Below are positions 12,001-24,381 of a DNA stretch of 64,000 nucleotides, one piece after another. Position 1 is the first letter of the stretch. Each line of letters opens with the position of its first letter. The stretch comes from Eledone cirrhosa (Eukaryota), in NCBI GenBank assembly GCA_964016885.1, contig OZ024741.1:158906001-158970000 (forward strand), given 5' to 3'. A program made the translations under genes and the position numbers. Below the pieces are notes generated by a model. It was not told the DNA's origin. It worked only from the letters and a program-made list of their open reading frames with translations, and made no database searches.

Positions 12001-15000
12001 TGTTTGAGGTGGTGGTGGAGGTGATGTTGGCTATGTTTGAGGTGGTGGTGGAGGTGATATTGGCTATGTTTGAGGTGGTGGTGGAGGTGATGTTGGCTAT
12101 GTTTGAGGTGGTGGTGGTGGTGGCTATGTTTGAGGTGGTGGTGGAGGTGATGTTGGCTATGTTTGAGGTGGGGGTGGAGGTGATGTTGGCTATGTTTGAG
12201 GTGGTGGTGGTGATGTTGGCTATGTTTGAGGTGGGGGTGGAGGTGATGTTGGCTATGTTTGAGGTGGGGGTGGAGGTGATGTTGGCTATGTTTGAGGTGA
12301 TGTTGGCTATGTTTGAGGTGGGGGTGGTGATGTTGGCTATGTTTGAGGTGGGGGTGGTGATGTTGGCTATGTTTGAGGAGGTGGTGGTGGTGGTGATGTT
12401 GGCTATGTTTGAGGTGGTGGTGGTGATGTTGGCTATGTTTGAGGTGGAGGTGGAGGTGATGCTGGCTATGTTTGAGGTGGGGGTGGTGATGTTGGCTATG
12501 TTTGAGGAGGTGGTGGTGGTGGTGATGTTGGCTATGTTTGAGGTGGGGGTGGAGGTGGTGTTGGCTATGTTTGAGGAGGTGGTGGAGGTGATGTTGGCTA
12601 TGTTTGAGGTGGGGGTGTAGGTGATGTTGGCTATGTTTGAGGAGGTGGTGGTGATGTTGGCTATGTTTGAGGTGGGGGTGGAGGTGATGTTGGCTATGTT
12701 TGAGGTAGTGGTGGAGGTGATGTTGGCTATGTTTGAGGTGAGGGTGGAGGTGATGTTGGCTATGTTTGAGGTGGGGGTGTAGGTGATGTTGGCTATGTTT
12801 GAGGAGGTGGTGGTGGTGATGTTGGCTATGTTTGAGGTGGGGGTGGAGGTCATGTTGGCTATGTTTGAGGTGGTGGTGGAGGTCATGTTGGCTATGTTTG
12901 AGGTGGTGGTGGTGGTGATGTTGGCTATGTTTGAGGTAGTGGTGGAGGTGATGTTGGCTATGTTTGAGGTGGGGGTGGAGGTGATGTTGGCTATGTTTGA
13001 GGTGGTGGTGGAGGTCATGTTGGCTATGTTTGAGGTGGTGGTGGTGGTGATGTTGGCTATGTTTGAGGTAGTGGTGGAGGTGATGTTGGCTGTTTGAGGT
13101 GGTGGTGGAGGTCATGTTGGCTATGTTTGAGGTGGTGGTGGAGGTGATGTTGGCTATGTTTGAGGTGGTGGTGGAGGTGATGTTGGCTATGTTTGAGGTG
13201 GTGGTGATGTTGGCTATGTTTGAGGTGGGGGTGGAGGTGATGTTGGCTATGTTTGAGGTGGTGGTGGAGGTGATGTTGGCTATGTTTGAGGTGGTGGTGA
13301 TGTTGGCTATGTTTGAGGTGGGGGTGGAGGTGATGTTGGCTATGTTTGAGGTGGTGGTGGAGGTGATGTTGGCTATGTTTGAGGTGGGGGTGGAGGTGAT
13401 GTTGGCTATGTTTGAGGTGGTGGTGGAGGTGATGTTGGCTATGTTTGAGGTGGTGGTGGAGGTGATGTTGGCTATGTTTGAGGTGGTGGTGATGTTGGCT
13501 ATGTTTGAGGTGGGGGTGGAGGTGATGTTGGCTATGTTTGAGGTGGTGGTGGAGGTCATGTTGGCTATGTTTGAGGTGGTGGTGGAGGTGATGTTGGCTA
13601 TGTTTGAGGTGGTGGTGGAGGTCATGTTGGCTATGTTTGAGGTGGTGGTGGAGGTGATGTTGGCTATGTTTGAGGTGGTGGTGATGTTGGCTATGTTTGA
13701 GGTGGGGGTGGAGGTGATGTTGGCTATGTTTGAGGTGGTGGTGGAGGTGATGTTGGCTATGTTTGAGGTGGTGGTGATGTTGGCTATGTTTGAGGTGGGG
13801 GTGGAGGTGATGTTGGCTATGTTTGAGGTGGTGGTGATGTTGGCTATGTTTGAGGTGGGGGTGGAGGTGATGTTGGCTATGTTTGAGGTGGTGGTGGAGG
13901 TGATGTTGGCTATGTTTGAGGTGGGGGTGGAGGTGATGTTGGCTATGTTTGAGGTGGGGGTGGAGGTGATGTTGGCTATGTTTGAGGTGGTGGTGGAGGT
14001 GATGTTGGCTATGTTTGAGGTGGAGGTGGAGGTGATGTTGGCTATGTTTGAGGAGATGGTGGTGGTGATGTTGGCTATGTTTGAGGTGGTGGTGGAGGTG
14101 ATGTTGGCTATGTTTGAGGTGGTGGTGGTGGTGATGTTGGCTATGTTTGAGGTGGGGGTGGAGGTGATGTTGGCTATGTTTGAGGTAGTGGTGGAGGTGA
14201 TGTTGGCTATGTTTGAGGTAGTGGTGGAGGTGATGTTGGCTATGTTTGAGGTGGGGTGGAGGTGATGTTGGCTATGTTTGAGGTGGGGGTGGAGGTGATG
14301 TTGGCTATGTTTGAGGTGGTGGTGGAGGTGGTGATGTTGGCTATGTTTGAGGTGGTGGTGGAGGTGATGTTGGCTATGTTTGAGGTGGGGGTGGAGGTGA
14401 TGTTGGCTATGTTTGAGGTAGTGGTGATGTTGGCTATGTTTGAGGTGGGGGTGGAGGTGATGTTGGCTATGTTTGAGGTGGGGGTGGAGGTGATGTTGGC
14501 TATGTTTGAGGTGGGGGTGGAGGTGATGTTGGCTATGTTTGAGGTGGTGGTGGAGGTGATGTTGGCTATGTTTGAGGAGGTGGTGGTGGTGATGTTGGCT
14601 ATGTTTGAGATAGTGGTGGAGGTGATGTTGGCTATGTTTGAGGTGGGGGTGGAGGTGATGTTGGCTATGTTTGAGGTGGGGGTGGAGGTGATGTTGGCTA
14701 TGTTTGAGGTAGTGGTGGAGGTGATGTTGGCTGTGTTTGAGGTGGGGTGGAGGTGATGTTGGCTATGTTTGAGGTAGTGGTGGAGGTGGTGTTGGCTATG
14801 TTTGAGGTGGTGGTGGAGGTGGAGGTGATGTTGGCTATGTTTGAGGTAGTGGTGGAGGTGATGTTGGCTATGTTTGAGGTGGGGGTGGAGGTGATGTCGG
14901 CTATGTTTGAGGTGGGGGTGGAGGTGATGTTGGCTATGTTTGAGGTGGGGGTGGAGGTGATGTTGGCTATGTTTGAGGTAGTGGTGGTGGTGATGTTGGC

Positions 15001-16126
15001 TATGTTTGAGGTGGGGGTGGAGGTGATGTTGGCTATGTTTGAGGTAGTGGTGGAGGTGATGTTGGCTATGTTTGAGGTGGGGGTGGAGGTGATGTTGGCT
15101 ATGTTTGAGGTAGTGGTGGAGGTGATGTTGGCTATGTCTGAGGTGGGGGTGGAGGTCATGTTGGCTATGTTTGAGGTGGGGGTGGAGGTGATGTTGGCTA
15201 TGTTTGAGGTGGGGGTGGAGGTGATGTTGGCTATGTTTGAGGTGGGGGTGGAGGTGATGTTGGCTATGTTTGAGGTAGTGGTGGAGGTGATGTTGGCTAT
15301 GTTTGAGGTGGGGGTGGAGGTGATGTTGGCTATGTTTGAGGTGGGGGTGGAGGTGATGTTGGCTATGTTTGAGGTGGGGGTGGAGGTGATGTTGGCTATG
15401 TTTGAGGTAGTGGTGGAGGTGATGTTGGCTATGTTTGAGGTGGTGGTGGAGGTGATGTTGGCTATGTTTGAGGTGGGGGTGGAGGTGATGTTGGCTATGT
15501 TTGAGGTGGGGGTGTAGGTGATGTTGGCTATGTTTGAGGTGGTGGTGGAGGTGATGTTGGCTATGTTTGAGGTGGTGGTGGAGGTGATGTTGGCTATGTT
15601 TGAAGTAGTGGTGGAGGTGATGTTGGCTATGTTTGAGGTGGTGGTGGTGGTGGAGGTGATGTTGGCTATGTTTGAGGTAGTGGTGGAGGTGATGTTGGCT
15701 ATGTTTGAGGTGGGGGTGGAGGTGATGTTGGCTATGTTTGAGGTGGGGGTGGAGGTGATGTTGGCTATGTTTGAGGTGGTGGTGGAGGTGATGTTGGCTA
15801 TGGTTGAGGTGGTGGTGGAGGTGATGTTGGCTATGTTTGAGGTGGGGGTGGAGGTGATGTCGGCTATGTTTGAGGTGGTGGTGGAGGTGATGTTGGCTAT
15901 GTTTGAGGAGGTGGGGGTGGAGGTGATGTTGGCTATGTTTGAGGTAGTGGTGGTGGTGATGTTGGCTATGTTTGAGGTGGTGGTGGAGGTGATGTTGGCT
16001 ATGTTTGAGGTGGTGGTGGAGGTGATGTTGGCTATGTTTGAGGTGGTGGTGGTGGTGATGTTGGCTATGTTTGAGGTGGTGGTGGAGGTGATGTTGGCTA
16101 TGTTTGAGGTGGTGGTGGAGGTGGTG
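1..16126. repeat. Giant G-rich tandem satellite: near-invariant 21-bp core GTGATGTTGGCTATGTTTGAG plus variable (GTG/GGG/GAG)n linker; main unit 33 bp (range about 21-39 bp), roughly 500 units, open at the left window edge
   Basis: Seen directly. Unit lengths differ almost always by multiples of 3. The long VEVMLAMF / SNIANITSTTT / HLKHSQHH ORFs are translations of this repeat. Confidence 0.98.
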
Positions 16127-16174
16127 AAGATGATTATTATAAAATCATATGTATTTTTTGTTCAGCAATCTTAC

Positions 16175-16179
16175 CAGCT
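16175..16179 (-). CDS. Candidate 5-nt micro-exon (AGCTG) of the RhoGEF gene; alternatively the start of a short terminal exon RAGKIAEQKIHMIL* ending at 16137
   Basis: Minus strand reads ttttatttcag|AGCTG|gtaagat, a good acceptor and donor 5 nt apart. It accepts the phase-2 end of exon 24949-24862, and 88+5=93 nt restores phase 1. No transcript evidence. Confidence 0.35.
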
Positions 16180-16271
16180 CTGAAATAAAAGACCTACTTA
16201 AAACAACCGATAGACAAAGGAATATTGATAACTATATATATATATATAAATAATATTCATTACACATTCAC

Positions 16272-16302
<31 letters not shown>

Positions 16303-16318
16303 ATATACATTACACATT

Positions 16319-16350
<32 letters not shown>

Positions 16351-16426
16351 AACATACTGCATACATACATACATATATATAAGCATACATTACATATATA
16401 AATACATTATGTGTGTGTGCATATAA

Positions 16427-16478
<52 letters not shown>

Positions 16479-16589
16479 TGTACATACACACTAACATACA
16501 AAATAGAATTAATAAAACTGATAATATTAATCAAAAGCAATAACAGGAAAGAAAGACAAGACTTGCCAAAATCCAGTGTTTTTTGTTAC

Positions 16590-17097
16590 ACTCCGTATTT
16601 AATTGTGTGTCAGTATATGTATATATGAATGTGTGTGTGTGTGTATATTTAGTTGTGTGTCACGGCATGTATATATGTGTGTGCATATTTAATTGTGTCA
16701 GTACATGTATATATGTATGTGTGTATATTTAATTGTGTCAGTACATGTATATATGTATGTGTGCATATTTAGTTGTGTGTCAGTATATGTATGTATATAT
16801 ATATGTGTGTGTGTGTGTGTATGTGTGTGTGTGCATATTTAGTTGTGTGGTAGTATATGTATATATGTATGTATATGTGTAGATATTTAATTGAGCTCAT
16901 ATATGTACATATGTATGTGTGTACATGTTTAATTGACTGCTAGTACATGTGTGTATATATATGTTCTATGTGTGTACTTATATAATTATGTGCTAGTATA
17001 TATATATATATGTTCTATGTGTGTACTTATATAATTATGTGCTAGTATATATATATATATATATGTTCTATGTGTGTACTTATATAATTATGTGCTA

Positions 17098-17133
<36 letters not shown>

Positions 17134-17207
17134 TGTGTGTACTTATATAATTATGTGCTAGTGTATATATATATGTTCTATGTATCTACTTATATACTTA
17201 TGTGCTA

Positions 17208-17243
<36 letters not shown>

Positions 17244-17330
17244 TATGTGTGTACTTATATATAATTATGTGCTAGTGTATATATATATATATCTATGTTC
17301 TATGTGTGTACTTATATACTTATGTGCTAG

Positions 17331-17345
<15 letters not shown>
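16590..17345. repeat. Two adjacent minisatellites (tatttaattgtgtgtcagtacatg... and ttctatgtgtgtacttatataattatgtgctag) with variable (TA)n/(TG)n linkers
   Basis: Repeated cores visible many times, separated by dinucleotide runs of different length. Confidence 0.9.
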
Positions 17346-17363
<18 letters not shown>

Positions 17364-17694
17364 ATGTGCGTATGTCTGTGTGTGTGTATGAATGTTAGAA
17401 TATGTATTTTTCTATGTGTATGTATTAGTGTATATATATGTCAGAGTGTATTTTTGCATGCAGTGTATTCCAAGTATGAGTGCATGTCTATATGTGTTAG
17501 TGAGTGATTTTATAGGTTTATTTACCTCTGTCGGTGTGTCTATTTGACTGTGTGTGTGTGTGGCTGTATTTAAATTTGTTTATGTGGTGTGTATGTTTGT
17601 GTTGTATCTATGCATGCCTGCCTCTCTCTGTGCGTGTATGTATGCTTGTATGTAAGTATGTTTGGTGTGCTATGTAAGTATGCCTCTGCATGCA

Positions 17695-17759
<65 letters not shown>

Positions 17760-17804
17760 TGTACTATGTAAGCATTCTTCTCCCTCCCTTTCTGTTTCTC
17801 TAGC

Positions 17805-17852
<48 letters not shown>

Positions 17853-18139
17853 TACATTTATATGTATATATGTGCGTGTGTGTGTGTAAGACTGATAAAA
17901 TCAGTATTGAATTTCCTTAATTTTTTTTCTTTTTTTTTGTTATGTTTTATTTGTTTAATTATTGTTGTTATTGTTGTTATTATCACTAGCAAAAATAATT
18001 CCCCCTCCTCCCTCATCAACTAAAATTAGAGAAAGAGAGAGGAGTGTGGCAGGTTGTATAGTTTGATTAAAGACCCAATAACAGGTCGAGTGGCAAGACA
18101 CTTTAATAATGATACTACTACTACAACTGCTACTACAAT

Positions 18140-18320
18140 AATAATAATTGTTTCTACTTTAGGCACAAGGCCAGAAATAATCCAGTGTATTACTGGTACT
18201 TTATTTTATCGACCCCGTAAGCATGAAAGGCAAAGTTAACCTCAGCGGGATTTGAACTCAGATTGTAAAGGGACGTCACTACGCTGGAAAGCATGTCTGA
18301 CCCTCTACCAATACTGCCAA
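18140..18320 (-). mobile_element. SINE copy (family ggcacaaggccag...tactggtactttattttatcgacccc...aaaggcaaagttaacctc...ggatttgaactcag) with (TTA)n tail
   Basis: Near-identical copies at about 23930-24100 and 50615-50810; related pieces at about 18475-18620, 55160-55380 and 63480-63600. The minus strand contains a B-box-like GAGTTCAAATCC. Confidence 0.8.
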
Positions 18321-18636
18321 AATAATGATATCATTTATTAGCCACAAGGGCTGACATGTAGGGGACAATACAAAGACAGGGACAGTGGGGGTTTACAATA
18401 AGGTCGAGTAAAAGTACACAATGGCAAGACTAATTTAACAATGAAGATATAAAAATATAAAATAAACTATGCATAATTCTGATTTAGGCACAAGGCCAGT
18501 AATTTGGGGGGAGGGGAAAGATGATCAAATCGACCCCAGTGCTAAACTGGTGCTTTATTATATCGATCCCCGTAAGGATGAAAGGTAAAGTTGACATAGG
18601 TGGGATATGAACTCAGAATGAAACACAACATCAATG

Positions 18637-18685
<49 letters not shown>

Positions 18686-19129
18686 TAAAAACAATAACAA
18701 CAACAATGATAATAGCAATAACAAACAAAACAACCACAACTACAGTAAATAGTAGTAGTAGTAGTAGTAGTTGCAGTACATAAGAATAATAAATAACAAT
18801 ATAACAAAAGATTTCAATAAAAAGAGAAAAAACAAACAAACAATATACATAAATAGATAAATAAAAATAAGCAAAAAATGCAACAACAAAAAACCCCCCC
18901 AAAAATAAAATAAAAAAGAAGAGTGAAGAAAGAAGTAGGCAGGATTATATGTGTGTTGCAAGAAGCAGGAGTGCACACGATGTGACTGGTGCTTATTGTT
19001 AACTAATGTCTGATTGGGTAGCTGATATTGTTACTAGATTCCAAAGTTATTAACTGGTGAGGATAGACAAGAATGTATTATTGTATAAGATCAATTAAAG
19101 GATTAATTTTGGATTAAAATAAAATAATT

Positions 19130-19303
19130 ATGTGTATATATACACACACATACAGATATACACACACACACACACATATATACATACACATACACATATA
19201 TACATACACATACACATATATACATACACACACACATATATACATTCACACATATATATATATATATACACACACACAGATACACTCACACATACACACA
19301 CAC

Positions 19304-19354
<51 letters not shown>

Positions 19355-19377
19355 TAGATACACTCACACATACACCC

Positions 19378-19408
<31 letters not shown>

Positions 19409-19429
19409 TAGATATACTCACACATACAC

Positions 19430-19488
<59 letters not shown>

Positions 19489-19575
19489 TACAGATACACT
19501 CACACACACACATATATATACATATATATATATATATATACATATATATATACATACACTCTCACATATATATAT
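19130..19575. repeat. Compound (TA)n/(CA)n microsatellite with a repeated core acagatacactcacacatacaccc
   Basis: Seen directly. Confidence 0.9.
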
Positions 19576-19652
19576 AATTGGTGTTGGATGCTTAAAGCAC
19601 CCGTATGCGGTAGGCCGTATGAGCACTCAATGCCCTCGTAGAGCAGAGTATG

Positions 19653-19951
19653 ATATCACAGAAAAAAGAGAATCAGTGTTGCGACGAAAGGAATTTATTG
19701 GACATATTACAATTGTTTCTCGGGTGACCAGCTCGAGGCATGATCGATGTGGTGATCAAACCTGACTCTGAAATCGCGCGGCCCTTGGATACATCTCGGA
19801 TCTACGAATAGGAAAATCTGCTTTGTAGAAGCGATTTCAGAGACAGGTTTGATCACCACATCGATCGTGCCTCGAGCTGGTCACCCGAGAAACAATTGTA
19901 ATATGTCCAATAAATTCCTTTCGTCGCAACACCGATTCTCTTTTTTCTGTG

Positions 19952-19955
<4 letters not shown>
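19653..19955. mobile_element. Fold-back element: 125-bp inverted arms (19653-19777 / 19831-19955), 53-bp spacer, right end abutting (TA)n; probable Penelope-like/retrozyme-type terminus
   Basis: Arms are reverse complements with 3 mismatches by eye. The right arm contains GAAA-CAATTG-TA (19889-19900), a hammerhead-type 3' half with a palindromic loop. No intact CUGANGA found. Confidence 0.7.
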
Positions 19956-19984
<29 letters not shown>

Positions 19985-20146
19985 CGCTCACATATATATA
20001 CATATATATATATGTATATGGTGATTTTTTACGAATGAAACAGTTCTAGTCTTGTAGAAGCCATTTCTATATTAAATTCTATATATACTCTATTAATTTA
20101 TTGAGTACTTCACTTACTGTGGTTTCCCCCAATTGAACCTGGGATT

Positions 20147-20183
<37 letters not shown>

Positions 20184-20354
20184 GTTGGTATTTTTGTTGT
20201 TACTCAGAGTTTTGTGATTGTCCACTAAAATGTGTCATCACTGAGCAATCTCAAAACTCCGAGTAGCAGCAGAGAGTTATCTGAATGATATAATAGATAT
20301 ATATTATGCTCAACTTTGGTATTGAGTACGTTTTCTTCATGCTTGCAAATCCAA

Positions 20355-20422
<68 letters not shown>

Positions 20423-20803
20423 ATTAAAAGAACTTGGGTCATTTCAGGCTTTAGAAGTTCTCTCCTCTGCTTATTTCAAATGATTCCCCCATCCATGTAT
20501 ATTTATGGAAGTTTTAGTCTTGACGTTTTTCCAACACACACACACACATATATGACTAAACACATATATGCTTTCTTCCTGTGAAAAAATGATTTTTCCC
20601 CCATTCTTTCTCTTCTTTCTCTATTTTTCTATTTCTTCTTCTATTTCCCAAGCAGTCCCTCTTCCATCTCTTTCATTTTATCTTCTGATAAAAGACTAAC
20701 GTCCAAAACATAAAGTCACTTTTCCTACTATAACAAGCATTAAATTAATATATATCATTATTGTCATGTATTTTTTCTCCAGTGTTGTTTTTCTGCATTA
20801 ACT

Positions 20804-20868
<65 letters not shown>

Positions 20869-21014
20869 TCTACAAAATGAACAAAACAACAAGCCACAAA
20901 TCACTGCCATTCTCTCCACCACTTTTCACTGAGAAGAACCAATAATGGAACAACCCACAATCAATAAAAATATGATTCCAAATGCAAGAACAAAGTAGTT
21001 TCCTTTGGGCAAGG

Positions 21015-21860
21015 AGATGATGATGGTGATGATAGTGGTGATGGTGATGGTGGTGATGGTGATGGTGATGGTGATGATGGTGATGATGATGGTGATGGTG
21101 ATGAGAGTGATGGTGATGATGGTGATGGTGATGATGATAGTGATGGTGATGATGATGGTGATGGTGATGGTGATGAGAGTGATGGTGATGGTGATGATGA
21201 TGGTGATGATAGTGATGGTGATGGTGATGATGATGGTGATGGTGATGATGATGATAGTGATGGTGATGGTGATGATGATGGTGATGATAGTGATGATGAT
21301 GACAGTGATGATGATGGTGATGATGATAGTGATAGCAAAATGATGATGATTGCGATATTGATAATGATAGTGATGGTGGCAATGATGATGACGATGATGA
21401 TGACAGTGATGATGATGATGACGATGTCGATGATGACAGTGATGATGATGACAGTGATGATGATGATGATGGTGATGACAGTGATGATGAAGACGATGAT
21501 GATGAAGATGTGATGATGATGATGACAGTGATGATGATGATGATGGTGATGACAGTGATGATGAAGACGATGATGATGAAGATGTGATGATGATGATGAC
21601 AGTGATGATGATGATGATGACGATGATAATCATAGTGATGGCGGTGATGACAATGATGGTGATGACGATGGTGATTATGATGATGATGACAATGATGACA
21701 TCGATGATGGCGATGATGATTATCATGATGGTGATGGTGATGATTATGTTGACGAAGACAACAATGATGATCATTGTGATAATGATGATAGTGAACGATG
21801 GTGATGATGGTGATGATGGTGATGATGGTTATGATGTTTATGATGGTTATGATGGTGATT
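21015..21860 (+). repeat. Degenerate (GAT/GGT)n trinucleotide array
   Basis: Seen directly; source of the poly-His/poly-Met ORFs. Confidence 0.95.
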
Positions 21861-21949
21861 GTTGTACATTATGAATTACACATGATTTGTTTTTATTCAG
21901 AGCATGAAGAAACAAAAGACAATACATACTGACCATCACAAAAAAGACA

Positions 21950-23372
21950 ACAGCAGAGGTGACCACAGCAGAACTGATCACAGCAGAGGTGACCACAGCA
22001 GAGGTGACCACAGCAGAGGGGATCACAATAGAAGCGACCACAGCAGAGACGACCACAGCAGAACTGACCACAACAGAGAAGACAACAACTGAGGTGACCA
22101 CAGCAGAACTGATCACAGCAGAGGGGATCACAATAGAAGCGACCACAGCAGAGACGACCACAGCAGAACTGACCACAACAGAGAAGACAACAACTGAGGT
22201 GACCACAGCAGAACTGATCACAGCAGAGAAGACAATAACAGAGGTGACCACAGCAGAACTGACCACAGCAGAGAAGACAATAACAGAGGTGACCACAGCA
22301 GAACTGACCACAGCAGAGAAGACAATAACAGAGGTGACCACAGCAGAACTGACCACAGCAGAGAAGACAATAACAGAGGTGACCACAGCAGAACTGACCA
22401 CAGCAGAGAAGACAATAACAGAGGTGACCACAGCAGAGAAGACAATAACAGAGGTGACCACAGCAGAACTGACCACAGCAGAGAAGACAATAACAGAGGT
22501 GACCACAGCAGAACTGACCACAGCAGAGAAGACAATAACAGAGGTGACCACAGCAGAGAAGACAATAACAGAGGTGACCACAGCAGAACTGACCACAGCA
22601 GAGAAGACAATAACAGAGGTGACCACAGCAGAACTGACCACAGCAGAGAAGACAATAACAGAGGTGACCACAGCAGAACTGACCACTGCAGAAGTGACAA
22701 CAGAGGTGACCACAGCAGAACTGACCACTGCAGAAGTGACAACAGAGGCGACCACCTCAGAAGTGACAACAGAGGCGACCACAGCAGAAGTGACAACAGA
22801 TGCGACCACAGCAGAGGTGACCACAAAATAACTGACCACAGCAGAGGTGATCACAACAGAATTGACTACAACAAAATTGGCCACAACAGAACTGACCACA
22901 ACAGAACTGACTACAAAGAGGTGACCACTACAAAATTGGCCACAACAGAACTGACCACAACAGAACTGACTACAAAAGAGGTGACCACTACAAAATTGGC
23001 CACAACAGAACTGACCACAACAGAATTGACTACAAAAGAGGTGACCACTACAAAATTGGCCACAACAGAACTGACCACAACAGAACTGACTACAAAAGAG
23101 GTGACCACTACAAAATTGGCCACAACAGAACTGACCACAACAGAATTGACTACAAAAGAGGTGACCACTACAAAATTGGCCACAACAGAACTGACCACAA
23201 CAGAACTGACTACAAAAGAGGTGACCACTACAAAATTGGCCACAACAGAACTGACTACAAAAGAGGTGACCACTACAAAATTGGCCACAACAGAACTGAC
23301 CACAACAGAACTGACTACAAAAGAGGTGACCACTACAAAATTGGCCACAACAGAACTGACCACAACACTGAC
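21950..23372 (+). repeat. 15-bp-unit minisatellite with two higher-order subarrays (45-bp unit, then 60-bp unit); reads as Thr-rich TTAEV/TTTEL/TTKEV pentapeptides
   Basis: 45-mer gaggtgaccacagcagaactgaccacagcagagaagacaataaca, then 60-mer gaggtgaccactacaaaattggccacaacagaactgaccacaacagaactgactacaaaa. A stop at 22829-22831 and a 1-nt deletion near 22915 break the frame. Confidence 0.95.
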
Positions 23373-23929
23373 TAAAGGGACAATATTATATCTCCCCCTA
23401 AATGTGCTTATAGGCAGCAAATTGACAGTCATTAGAATGCCTTCTAGTATTTGTTCTGGTTCCCTGCACTCTGAGATCAAATCCTGCCTTTCATAATTTC
23501 TATAATCTCTTTTTTACCTCCTTTCTATCACTCTCTCTCCTTCTACAGAAGAAATTGATTGTGATCAGACCTGGAGAGGGGATGGGCTCTACCAGATGAA
23601 AATGCCTAAGACACACTGTATGTCATATTATACATACAGTGCCATATACATACAAATATGCCTGTGCTGAAAACATTTTATATTATTCAGCTGTCCAAAT
23701 TAGAGCAAACAGAGTTATGTACCTTGCTTGGGATTGGTCGGGAGGCATTACTACAGCACTGTTTGCTGTTGAAGTAAGGTTTTGAACTTATAACCATGTT
23801 ATCAGTAATCTTGAACCAAACCAGCTCTGATTCTATGAAACAAAACCACTTATTTTAAAGGGTTTCTATTTAAATTAAAATCTTTCAACATAATTTTATA
23901 TAAGCACCATATGTTAAGTTACTGTCTTA

Positions 23930-24100
23930 ATAATTGTTTCTACTTTTGGCACAAGGCCAGTGCATTACTGGTACTTTATTTTATCGACCCCGTAAGGATG
24001 AAAGGCAAAGTTAACCTCGGCGGGATTTGAACTCAGAATGGCAAGGGCCGTAACTCTATGCTTCAAAGCATGGCGTACGATCCTCTACCGATACTGCCAA
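23930..24100 (-). mobile_element. SINE copy (same family as 18140-18320 and 50615-50810)
   Basis: Almost identical to 50615-50810 over most of its length. Confidence 0.8.
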
Positions 24101-24381
24101 TTTTAATAGTGAAATAATAATGAGTAAATCCTTCAAAATTCTTCATTAGTTAACTGAAATAGTGTGTATTTCATTAGAAATATGTTCATGAAAGGATTAA
24201 TATCATGGCCACTGACCTTAATGTCACTGTTACTGGCCTTACATTAGTCATTGACCTTAATGGCATAGCAACTGATGTTAACATTAAAGTCACTACCTTA
24301 GTGTTAGAGTCAGTGACATAAACAACAAAGTTGCTTATCTCAACATCAGAGACATTGACCTTAACATTAGAGACACTAACC

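Noticed and set aside
1-16126. CRISPR-like array (constant repeat plus variable spacer)
   Set aside because: The spacers are only short GTG/GGG/GAG triplet runs, not unique sequences. There are no cas genes, and the context is a spliced animal gene.
6-16183. Plus-strand VEVMLAMF ORFs as membrane proteins
   Set aside because: Pure satellite translation with recurrent TAG variants and frameshifts, and no unique N-terminus.
17526-17547. Possible 22-nt exon (SQIDTPTE) with gtaaat donor
   Set aside because: The acceptor is preceded by a CA repeat rather than a pyrimidine tract, and there is no motif support.
20870-20930. Possible exon after the acceptor-like ttcttctcag on minus
   Set aside because: No convincing donor, and the frame needed after exon 24862 stops within 9 codons. 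It cannot be excluded as a terminal exon but is unsupported.
16310-21874. YIYIYI, THTH, poly-His, poly-Ile and poly-Met ORFs
   Set aside because: Translations of (TA)n, (CA)n, (AAT)n and (GAT)n microsatellites.
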